From NCBI GenBank assembly GCA_044222185.1, contig JBGANV010000013.1, positions 1 through 64,000 on the forward strand: DNA of 64,000 nt, written 5' to 3'. Source of the DNA: Planctomycetota bacterium (GTDB lineage Bacteria; Planctomycetota; GCA-002687715; CAIWVZ01). Of the stretch, positions 50,638-61,638 are shown piece by piece. The position numbers and the translations under genes were made by a program. The stretch's first letter is position 1. Each line of letters opens with the position of its first letter. Under the pieces are notes generated by a model. The model worked only from the letters and a program-made list of their open reading frames with translations, was not told the origin of the DNA and ran no database searches.

Positions 50638-51636
50638 TCAGTCGCGGAACTTCGCGTGGCAGTCCTTGCAGCTCGCGCTGAGCTTCTTGAACTGACCCGT
50701 CAAAGTCGCGGCGTCGGCCCCCTCCGCCAGCATCTTGCGCAGTTCGTCGGCGCGGTCTCGCGACGCCTTCATCGCCTGCGCGAAGGCCACGGGCTTGGCG
50801 AGTGACGCATCCGTCAGGGCGAGCGTGTCGAGCACGGCGACGATGCGCGCGGCCTGGTCCACCGGCACGAGATCGGGGTGATCGGAGGGAACCTTCCACC
50901 CGGCCTTCTCGATCTCCTTCAGGTGGTCGTTCATCTCGTCGACTTCGACCATCCCTTTCACGAGGCCCTTCGGAAGTTCGAGCGGCGGGAAGTCGGCCGG
51001 CACTTCATCGAGCGCATCGGCGGACACGGGTGTCGCCCCAAGCGCACACTCGTAGAGGCCCTTGTAGTTCGGCGCCGTGCCCGAGACCTTCATGCGATCG
51101 ACGGCCTGTGCTGGCGGCATGAATCCGAGGGAGACCGCGACGGCGCCTGCTGCGCCGGCGCTCCGGTGCTTCCCATGGTGACAGTGGATGAACACCGGGC
51201 CGTCCTTCAGTGCGTCGGCCGTTGCGCGCGTCAGCTGCAGCCGCCGCGCATCGTCGAAGCCGTTGTAGCCGATGGGCAGGTGGATGTAGCGCATGCCGTG
51301 CTTGCGGGCGAGTTCGACGTCGGGCGCCGCGCCGTCGACGGAGATGATCGTCTTCACGCCCATGCCGGCGACGCTGTCAAAACCCGAATCACCCTCGGGG
51401 ACGCTCCCGGAGTAGAGCCGATCGCCATACGCGACGACGTTGTGCACACCCGCGAGGTCCTTTGGCTGGGAGTCGGCCAGCGTGGGAGCGACGACGATGC
51501 CCGCCGAATGCTGCGTCGCCGAATCCGTGGCGAGCGGCTTCTCTGCGTCGGAGGCGTGCGTGCAGGCCAGCATCGCGCTGAGGGCAGCGACGACCCCTGT
51601 GACGAACCAGATCCCCCAGATTCTGCGGTGAGTCAT
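50638..51636 (-). CDS. Exported CX5R phosphatase-fold plus cytochrome c'-like fusion
   Basis: HCHHGKHRS; C-terminal CKDCHAKFRD; signal or lipobox-like N-terminus. Confidence 0.78.
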   Translation of the reverse strand: MTHRRIWGIWFVTGVVAALSAMLACTHASDAEKPLATDSATQHSAGIVVAPTLADSQPKDLAGVHNVVAYGDRLYSGSVPEGDSGFDSVAGMGVKTIISVDGAAPDVELARKHGMRYIHLPIGYNGFDDARRLQLTRATADALKDGPVFIHCHHGKHRSAGAAGAVAVSLGFMPPAQAVDRMKVSGTAPNYKGLYECALGATPVSADALDEVPADFPPLELPKGLVKGMVEVDEMNDHLKEIEKAGWKVPSDHPDLVPVDQAARIVAVLDTLALTDASLAKPVAFAQAMKASRDRADELRKMLAEGADAATLTGQFKKLSASCKDCHAKFRD

Positions 51637-51955
51637 GGTGTATCTCGCGGCCGGACCTGCTCGCCCGTCCGACCCCAGATCGGGCCGGGCCAGCCGGACC
51701 AGGGCCGGTTTCGATGGAGGACGTTTGCAAAGAGGGTGCCTGCGGCGCGGTCACGACGGGTTCCCAGGGGAAATGGCCTCGCGAAGCGCCCTGGTGGGCC
51801 AGCGGCCCCCTCAGGGAGGGAGCCCGGATGCGGGACATCGTTACGGAACCGTGACGCCCGTCACCCTGCCAACACGCCGCGTGGCCCCCCGGAATGCGTG
51901 TCCCGCCTCCGTCTGCCAGGGATACAACCGCTCGACGGCATTTCCGGCGCGGGCG

Positions 51956-52810
51956 TCAGGGCAGAAGGACGTTGTCGATCAGGCGTGTGCGCCCCAGGTA
52001 CGCGGCGACGGCCACGAGGTCGCCCGCGTGAACCGCGTCGGCTCGCGGCTCGAGGGACTGCGGGTCCGCGATGGTCAGATACTGGACGTCGAATCCGCCA
52101 CTCCCGACGAGGAGATCGCGCGCCTCCCCGGTGAGCGTGTGCGCGCGGAACTCGCCGCGACGGAAGCGAGCGACGACGTGGTCCAGGCTCCGCTTGAGCA
52201 TGGGTGCCCTCGAACGCTCATCCGGCGTCAGGTAGGCGTTGCGGCTCGACATCGCGAGTCCGTCGGGCTCGCGCACCGTCGGGCAGACGCGAATCGACAT
52301 GTCCAAGTCGAAGTCGAGGTCGCGCAGCATGCGCCGCAGCACGACCGTCTGCTGGTAGTCCTTCTGTCCGAACAACGCGACGTCGGGACGGACTTGATTG
52401 AACAGCTTGGCGACGATCGTGAGCACGCCCTCGAAGTGTCCGGGACGGAACCCTCCGCACAGGTATTGCGGCAGCTTGAGCTGGGTGATGCGGGTTTCGT
52501 TCCCCGGTGGATACATCGTGTCGACGTCCGGGAGGAAGAGGGTGTCGGCCCCGGCCTTCCCCAAAAGCTCGGTGTCCCGCTCGATTGGCCGCGGGTAGCG
52601 CGAGAAGTCCTCGTTGGGCCCGAACTGCGTCGGGTTCACGAAGATGCTCGCGACGACTCGGTCTGCCACCGATCGGGCCTCGCGCACGAGCGCAAGATGT
52701 CCTTCGTGGAGAGCTCCCATCGTGGGAACGAACGCGACCCTTGCTCCGCCGCCACGCCACGCCCGAACCATGGCGTGGACCGCCTCGCGCGTACGGACCA
52801 CCTCGATCAC
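51956..52810 (-). CDS. panC: Pantoate--beta-alanine ligase
   Basis: VPTMGALHEGH, FVNPTQF, FGQKDYQQ, GLAMSSRN and RLIDN. Confidence 0.97.
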   Translation of the reverse strand: MIEVVRTREAVHAMVRAWRGGGARVAFVPTMGALHEGHLALVREARSVADRVVASIFVNPTQFGPNEDFSRYPRPIERDTELLGKAGADTLFLPDVDTMYPPGNETRITQLKLPQYLCGGFRPGHFEGVLTIVAKLFNQVRPDVALFGQKDYQQTVVLRRMLRDLDFDLDMSIRVCPTVREPDGLAMSSRNAYLTPDERSRAPMLKRSLDHVVARFRRGEFRAHTLTGEARDLLVGSGGFDVQYLTIADPQSLEPRADAVHAGDLVAVAAYLGRTRLIDNVLLP

Positions 52811-53313
52811 GACCAGTCCTCCGCACCCGCGACGCGAACGATCCGCGCCGAGCCCACCCGGAGCGCCTGGGCGCCGATGGTCCCGAGCCCGCCGGGGATT
52901 TCCCGGTCTGCCGCGATCGCGCTCGCCGGCACGAGCACGAAGGCGCGGTCGCAGAGGCGTGGATGCGGCACGTTCAACCGCGGCGTGTCGATGATCCGCG
53001 TCCCGAAGACGAGGATGTCGAGGTCCAGGCTGCGAGGGCCATTCAGTTCGCGCCGGAAGCGGCCCGCATCGCGCTCGATCGCGAGAAGGCGGTCGAGGAA
53101 TGCCTCGGGCTCGCACCGCGTCGTGAGTCTGAGGGCTGCATTCAGGTAGGGGCCCTGCGGCGGCCCTCCCACCGGGTCCGTCTCGAAGACGGGGCTCGCG
53201 GCGCGGATCTCCGTGTCTGCGCCTGAGAGCCGGCGACGGGCGAATCGCAGCCAGCTCAGGCGATCACCCAGATTGGACCCGAGTGCCACGAGGACGTCCT
53301 CGTCATCGCTCAT
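52807..53313 (-). CDS. folK: HPPK (2-amino-4-hydroxy-6-hydroxymethyldihydropteridine pyrophosphokinase)
   Basis: ALGSNLG, YLNAA, GPRSLDLDIL and PHPR..RAFVL. Confidence 0.96.
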   Translation of the reverse strand: MSDDEDVLVALGSNLGDRLSWLRFARRRLSGADTEIRAASPVFETDPVGGPPQGPYLNAALRLTTRCEPEAFLDRLLAIERDAGRFRRELNGPRSLDLDILVFGTRIIDTPRLNVPHPRLCDRAFVLVPASAIAADREIPGGLGTIGAQALRVGSARIVRVAGAEDWS

Positions 53314-53362
53314 CGACGGGTCCAACGGCCGGAGGGCGTTCGCTCGCGGCGTTCGGGCTGGA

Positions 53363-54225
53363 TCACAGGAGATCCTCTTCTTCGTCGTCGCCGGCGGCCG
53401 GTCGCGCATCGGGCGCCGGCACCCCATCGGCCGCCGGCTGGGTGTGCCGGCGACGCACGCGCTGCCTGAGCCACGACAACGGCCCGGTCAGCACATAGGC
53501 GGCGACACCCAATGGAACCATGATTTCGGGATTCCACAGGACGAACGCGCCCACGAAGATCAACGCGACCAGGAAGCGGAACGGTTTGCGGCCGCGGAAC
53601 AGCGTGTTCGTGACGTGGACGTAGGGGAACCGGCTCACCATGAGGAACCCGATGAGCGGCACGAGCACCGGCATGGCGTAGAGGACCCAGGAGTGCGCCG
53701 ACGTCGGATCCAGGTGGATGTTGAGGAAGGACAAGGCGCAGACGGTGCCCGCCGCCGCGGGACTCGGAAGCCCCTTGAACCGCAGGTGCGCGTCCTCGTC
53801 CGGCGTCGTCTCCACGTTGAATCGTGCGAGGCGGAGGGCCGCACACGCGAGATAGAGGACGGCGAGGACGACCGCGAGCTTGGGCGAAATCACCCCCGGA
53901 CTGGCCTCGACCATCACCTTGAACAGGAGCGCGGGCGCCGCGCCGAATGAAACTACGTCGCTGAGCGAGTCGATCTGGGAGCCGAAGTCCGACGCCGCCC
54001 CCGTCATCCGGGCAATCTTCCCGTCGACGGCGTCGAAGATCATGGCGAAGAAGATGCACCAAACGGCGTTCGTGTAGAGGTGCATGCGGGCGGCGTTTGC
54101 CTCGGCGACCGACCACGCTGGATCGGTGTGGAGAGAATCCGTCAGGTATGCGATCGCGAGGAATCCGCTGAAGAGGTTTCCGAGCGTGACGAGCGTCGGA
54201 AGCATCTCGATGGGGTTCATCCGCT

Positions 54226-54229
<4 letters not shown>
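53363..54229 (-). CDS. pssA: CDP-diacylglycerol--serine O-phosphatidyltransferase
   Basis: DAVDGKIAR..FGSQIDSLSDVVSFG, LRLARFN and FKGLPSP. Confidence 0.95.
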
Positions 54230-56621
<2,392 letters not shown>

Positions 56622-56965
56622 GGGTCAAACAGGGCAGTTTTCGCCCACGATCCGGCCCCACCCCGCGATTCCTCCGGGGAATTCCGCGGCACCCTCACAT
56701 CTCCACATCCTCACAACGCAACAGGCGTCCCTCGTCCGACCCCGGATGCGACGCGTTCTCAGGATCTTAATCCGTTACGCAGCAAGGACTTGATATGCAC
56801 TTGGGACCCTCGTCGACGGGTCACCCCTAAAGCCGCTTTCCCCAGCTTGAAAATGAGATTCTTCACAACTGTTGAGTTCGGGCGTATAAACCCACGACTT
56901 CAATCAGTTGATTGCAGCACCGAAGTTGGCCGATAGGTCGCTTCAACGAAAGGAATGGTTCGCTC

Positions 56966-57163
56966 ATGTCGATAACTGAGATCGAGGTCAGAGGGACCTC
57001 GTCCAACAACTATGAAGACGCTCTCTCCCGCGCGACCGAGTCGGCTCGGCACGTGTGCGAGACCTTCGTCGACATCGACGAGGTCTCGCGCTTCGTCGAG
57101 ATCGACGGGATGTCTCGCCGGTTTGGCGTCACCCTCAAGGTGACCTGCATGCGCGGTGACTGA
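56966..57163 (+). CDS. Dodecin-like small protein
   Basis: IEVRGTSSNNYEDAL..A..FGVTLKV. Confidence 0.65.
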   Translation: MSITEIEVRGTSSNNYEDALSRATESARHVCETFVDIDEVSRFVEIDGMSRRFGVTLKVTCMRGD

Positions 57164-57433
57164 CCACTGAGTCAGGCCGCCGCACCCTGCGGCACCTCAG
57201 AATCCGGCCGTTCGCGACAAAAGCGCGAGCGGCCGACTTCGTTTCCGGGCGTCTGTTTCACCACGCATCGAGTTCCTCGACGCCGTCGCGACGGAGTTTT
57301 CACGCCCGGCGCAAGTAGTGGTTCAGGGAACACGCCAGGTGGGCACGCGCCTGCCGCCACCCTTTCGACGAGTTACCATGTCGGCCCGTTTGGCGCTGTT
57401 TCGGCACCCTGCGGTGTGGAGAACGAGAAGCAC

Positions 57434-58468
57434 ATGACGAACGCGACGGATTCGAACGGCGATCTGGCGGCGGTCAAGCGCCTCACGGAGGCGTTCCAAG
57501 CCCTCAAGTCCGAGATGGCGAAGGTGATCGTCGGGCAGGAAGCCGTGGTCGACCAGTTGCTCACGGCGATCTTCGCCCGCGGTCACTGCCTGCTCGTCGG
57601 GGTCCCGGGGCTCGCGAAGACCCTCATGATCTCGACGCTCTCGAAGACCATGTCGCTTTCGTTCAACCGCATCCAGTTCACGCCAGACCTCATGCCGTCC
57701 GACATCACCGGCACCGAGGTCATCCAGGAAGACCGCGCGACCGGGACGCGCCAGTTCAAGTTCATCAAGGGTCCGGTCTTCGCCAACGTAATCCTCGCGG
57801 ACGAGATCAACCGCACGCCCCCGAAGACGCAGGCCGCACTCCTCGAAGCGATGCAGGAACATCAGGTGACGGCGGGCGGCAACCGTCACGCCCTCCCCGA
57901 GCCGTTCTTCGTTCTCGCGACGCAGAACCCCATCGAGCAGGAAGGCACGTACCCCCTCCCCGAGGCCCAACTCGACCGCTTCATGTACATGGTGCGCGTC
58001 GAGTACCCGACGGCCGACGAGGAGTTCCAGATCGTCCAGAACACGACGACGGTCCAGTCGTCGGCGATCAAGCAGGTGTTGTCCGCCGCCGACATCCTGT
58101 CGCTCCAGGACATGGTCCGTCGCGTGCCGATCTCCGACCACGTGCTGCGCTACGCGCTCGAGTACGCGCGGCGCACGCGCGTCACCACGCCCGACGCCCC
58201 ACCATTCATCAAGCAGTTCGTCGCCTGGGGTGCAGGCCCGCGAGCCAGCCAGTACATCGTCCTCGCCGCGAAAGCGCGGGCCGTCCTCAAGGGCCGGACG
58301 TACGTCTCGGGTGACGACATCCGCGCCGTCGTCCACCCGGTGCTCCGCCACCGCATCATCTGCAACTTCAGCGCGGAAGCCGAGGGGATGACGTCCGACA
58401 AGATCATCGATCAGCTCGTCGAGCAGATTCCGCGCACCGAGAACGACCCCGCTCTGGCGCGCGTCTGA
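57434..58468 (+). CDS. moxR: MoxR-family AAA+ ATPase
   Basis: GVPGLAKT, RIQFTPDLMPSD, DEINRTPPKTQ and YPLPEAQLDRF. Confidence 0.96.
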   Translation: MTNATDSNGDLAAVKRLTEAFQALKSEMAKVIVGQEAVVDQLLTAIFARGHCLLVGVPGLAKTLMISTLSKTMSLSFNRIQFTPDLMPSDITGTEVIQEDRATGTRQFKFIKGPVFANVILADEINRTPPKTQAALLEAMQEHQVTAGGNRHALPEPFFVLATQNPIEQEGTYPLPEAQLDRFMYMVRVEYPTADEEFQIVQNTTTVQSSAIKQVLSAADILSLQDMVRRVPISDHVLRYALEYARRTRVTTPDAPPFIKQFVAWGAGPRASQYIVLAAKARAVLKGRTYVSGDDIRAVVHPVLRHRIICNFSAEAEGMTSDKIIDQLVEQIPRTENDPALARV

Positions 58469-59364
58469 TGGCCGACCACGCAAGCCGCCTGCTGAGCCCG
58501 GAGACGCTGAATCGCGTTTCCGGCCTCGAGATGAAAGCCCGCCTGATCGTCGAGGGCTTCATGACCGGACTCCACGATTCGCCCTACAAGGGGGCATCCG
58601 TCGAGTTCGCCGAGCATCGCGAGTACGTCCCTGGCGACGACCTCCGCCGCCTCGACTGGAAGGTCTACGCAAAGAGCGACCGCTTCTACATCAAGGAGTA
58701 CGAGGAGGAGACGAACCTCAAGTGCTACGTCGTGCTCGACGTCAGCAAGAGCATGTCGTTCGCCTCCGGCGAGATGTCGAAGATCGAGTACGGCCGTCAG
58801 CTCTCGGCTGCTCTCACGCACCTCGTGTCGAGGCAGCAGGACCAGGTCGCTCTCGTCCTGTTCGCCGACAAGGTTCGCACGTTCCTTCCACCGCAGAACA
58901 ACCAGTCACACCTGCGCGCCATCTACCAGGCGCTCGTCGAAGCGACGACCGAGGAGAAGACGAACGTCGGCGCGATCTTCCACGAAATCGCCGAGCGCCT
59001 GCGTCATCGCAGCCTCGTCATCATCATCAGCGACCTCTTCGATGACCCGGACCGCGTCGTCTCCGGCCTGAACCACATGGCGCACCGCGGGCACGACGTC
59101 GTCGTCTTTCAGGTGCTGGATCCGGCGGAGCTCACGTTCCCCTACGACCGCATGACGCGCTTCGAAGGCCTCGAGGTCGACGAAAAGCTCCTGGCGGATC
59201 CGCGCGCCCTTCGCGCCGCCTATCTGGAGGAGATGCAGAGCTTCCAGCACCGCATCAAGAAAGCCTGCCTCGGAGGGCGGATGGACTACGTAGTCCTCGA
59301 TACGTCGCGGCCGCTCGCGGCTCCGTTGTCGTCGTACCTCGCCATGCGAGCGAAGTCGAGGTAA
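58468..59364 (+). CDS. DUF58 protein
   Basis: EFAEHREYVPGDDLRRLDWK and LDVSKSM. Confidence 0.95.
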   Translation: MADHASRLLSPETLNRVSGLEMKARLIVEGFMTGLHDSPYKGASVEFAEHREYVPGDDLRRLDWKVYAKSDRFYIKEYEEETNLKCYVVLDVSKSMSFASGEMSKIEYGRQLSAALTHLVSRQQDQVALVLFADKVRTFLPPQNNQSHLRAIYQALVEATTEEKTNVGAIFHEIAERLRHRSLVIIISDLFDDPDRVVSGLNHMAHRGHDVVVFQVLDPAELTFPYDRMTRFEGLEVDEKLLADPRALRAAYLEEMQSFQHRIKKACLGGRMDYVVLDTSRPLAAPLSSYLAMRAKSR

Positions 59365-59370
59365 TCGCGG

Positions 59371-61638
59371 ATGTTCGGCGAAGTCTCCATGCTCTGGTGG
59401 GCCGCCGCGGCGGCGATCCCCATCCTGATCCACCTGTTCACGCGGCAACGGTTCCGTCGCGTGCCGTGGGCGGCCATGGACTTCCTGCGCCGGGCCTTCC
59501 AGAAGACACGCCGGCGGCTGCGGCTCGAGAACCTGCTGCTCCTCCTCCTCCGCGTCCTTGCGCTGATCCTCCTCGCCTTGGCGCTGGCCGAGCCCAAGAT
59601 CAAGTCGTCGATCCTGGATGCGGGCAAGGACACCCGCCGCGAAGTCGTCCTGATCGTCGACAACTCGTTCAGCATGGCGCTGCGCGAGTCGTCGGGTGAC
59701 ACGCCGTTTCGCCGCGCCCATGACCAGGCCCTGCGCCTCGTTCGTGGCCTCGAGCGCGAGCGAGGCGATACCGCGACGCTGATCACCGCGGGTCGTTCCG
59801 CGTCCCTGCTCCTGCGCCGCGCGACCGACCTCGACCGCGTCGCCGCGGAAGTCGATCGCCTCGAAGTCTCCGATTCGGCGACCGACCTCCTCGGAGCTCT
59901 CCGCACGGCCGTCGCCGTCGTCGACGAGAAGATGCCAAAGGGCGTGGAGGTCTACCTCTTCACCGATCTGCAGAAGTCGGCATTCGTGCAAGACACGGAG
60001 TCGGGGGTGAAGCCGGCGCAGAGAAACGCGCCCGGATCGCTGCCCGCGCAGCCGAGCCAGCTGCTCGCGTCGCAGGTGACCGAGCTCAAGACGCGCGGCG
60101 CGCACGTCACCATCGTCGCCGGCTTCGGCCAGGAGGCCGACAACCTCGCCGTCACGAACCTCGAGTTGGGCAGCAAGGTTGCCAGCGTCGGGCAGCCTCT
60201 TCGCTTCGTCGCGACCGTGAAGAACTTCGGCCGCCGGCCCGCGAGCGGCGTGGTCAACCTTTTCGTGGATGGAGCCGAGACAGGCGTCGACTCGCAACCC
60301 ATCGACCTCGTCCAACCTGGCAGCACGCAGGTCGTGGACTTCCGTTACACCTTCCGCGAGCCCGGGCCCCATCAGGTCGAAGCCCGCTTCACGACGGACG
60401 CCCTCGAGGTCGACAACCGCCGCGCCCTCGCGGTCACCGTGCAGGACCACGTGCGCGCCATCGTCGTCGACGGCTCGCCGAGCACGGAAGCGGACGAGGA
60501 GGCCTCGTTCTTCCTGCGGACGGCCCTCGAACTCGGAGGGTCACCGACGCGTCCCTCGCTGTTCGAAGTGAAACCCGTCACGGAGGTGGCGTTCGATCGG
60601 GAATCGCTCACAGAAGTGGATCTGGTCGTTCTCGTCAACGTCGCCAACGTCTCCGAGCGCCGCGTGCGGGAACTCGAGGACTTCGTGACCCGTGGCGGCG
60701 GACTCGCGATCTTCGTCGGCCCTCGAACGCAAGCCGCAGCGATCAACGACCAGCTGTACCGGGATGGCGCAGGGCTCCTGCCGGCGAAACTCGGAACGGT
60801 CACGGGCGAAGTGGGGTCGCGCACGGTCGCCTTCGAACTCAAACCCGTCGTCACCGATCGCCCCCCGTTGTCGTACTTCAACGACGAGCGCGTTCGCGCC
60901 ATGCTCGTCGGCGCGCCGTTCTACCGCTACTACGCCGCGACGGTGAAGGCCGACGATCCGAGCGTGCGCGTCCTCGCCCAATTCGAATCGCCGACGGCCG
61001 CGCTGACGTCACCGTCACCGGCCGTCATCGAGAAGACCTTCGGCGCCGGTCGCGTGATCCTCGTCACGTCGTCGGCTGATCGCGAGTGGAATGAACTCGC
61101 CGTCCTCCCGACGTACGTGCCGTTCGTCAAGGAGATCGCCTACCACCTGGTGCGCCGCTCGTCGGCCATCGAGAACCTGACCGTCGGCGACTCCTACCGT
61201 CGCGAGATCGATCGCTTCGTGCGTGACGTCACCGTTCAACGCGGCGGAACCCAGGTCAAGGTCGTCAAGCCGCTCGCGCTTCAGGGCCGGACGGGATACG
61301 AGATCCGCGTGGACGACCTGACCAAGTCCGGCGTCTACCGGCTGGACTACGCCGAAGACAACGAGCCGGGCCGCAAGCCCATGCCGTCGAATTTCGTCGC
61401 GGTGAACGTGGATCCGCGCGAGTCCGACCTCACCCGGCTGACGTCGGAAGCCGTCGCCCAGATGTTCCCATCCGACGCACTCCGACTCGTGGACGCCGTG
61501 GAGGCCGAGAACGCCGGCGAGATGCAGGGAAACGATCGGGCGTGGTGGTGGGTGGTGTGGGTCGTGCTCGGTCTGCTCACGGCCGAGACGATCCTCTCAC
61601 AGTGGTTCGGCCGACCGGGCCGCGGAGGCGATTCGTGA
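59371..61638 (+). CDS. BatA-domain / vWA membrane protein
   Basis: IPILIHL..VPWAAMDFL, DNSFSM MIDAS, VNVDPRESDL and a C-terminal TM. Confidence 0.92.
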   Translation: MFGEVSMLWWAAAAAIPILIHLFTRQRFRRVPWAAMDFLRRAFQKTRRRLRLENLLLLLLRVLALILLALALAEPKIKSSILDAGKDTRREVVLIVDNSFSMALRESSGDTPFRRAHDQALRLVRGLERERGDTATLITAGRSASLLLRRATDLDRVAAEVDRLEVSDSATDLLGALRTAVAVVDEKMPKGVEVYLFTDLQKSAFVQDTESGVKPAQRNAPGSLPAQPSQLLASQVTELKTRGAHVTIVAGFGQEADNLAVTNLELGSKVASVGQPLRFVATVKNFGRRPASGVVNLFVDGAETGVDSQPIDLVQPGSTQVVDFRYTFREPGPHQVEARFTTDALEVDNRRALAVTVQDHVRAIVVDGSPSTEADEEASFFLRTALELGGSPTRPSLFEVKPVTEVAFDRESLTEVDLVVLVNVANVSERRVRELEDFVTRGGGLAIFVGPRTQAAAINDQLYRDGAGLLPAKLGTVTGEVGSRTVAFELKPVVTDRPPLSYFNDERVRAMLVGAPFYRYYAATVKADDPSVRVLAQFESPTAALTSPSPAVIEKTFGAGRVILVTSSADREWNELAVLPTYVPFVKEIAYHLVRRSSAIENLTVGDSYRREIDRFVRDVTVQRGGTQVKVVKPLALQGRTGYEIRVDDLTKSGVYRLDYAEDNEPGRKPMPSNFVAVNVDPRESDLTRLTSEAVAQMFPSDALRLVDAVEAENAGEMQGNDRAWWWVVWVVLGLLTAETILSQWFGRPGRGGDS

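Noticed and set aside
56690-56880. oriC with DnaA boxes
   Set aside because: No good TTATCCACA matches and no dnaA/dnaN context.
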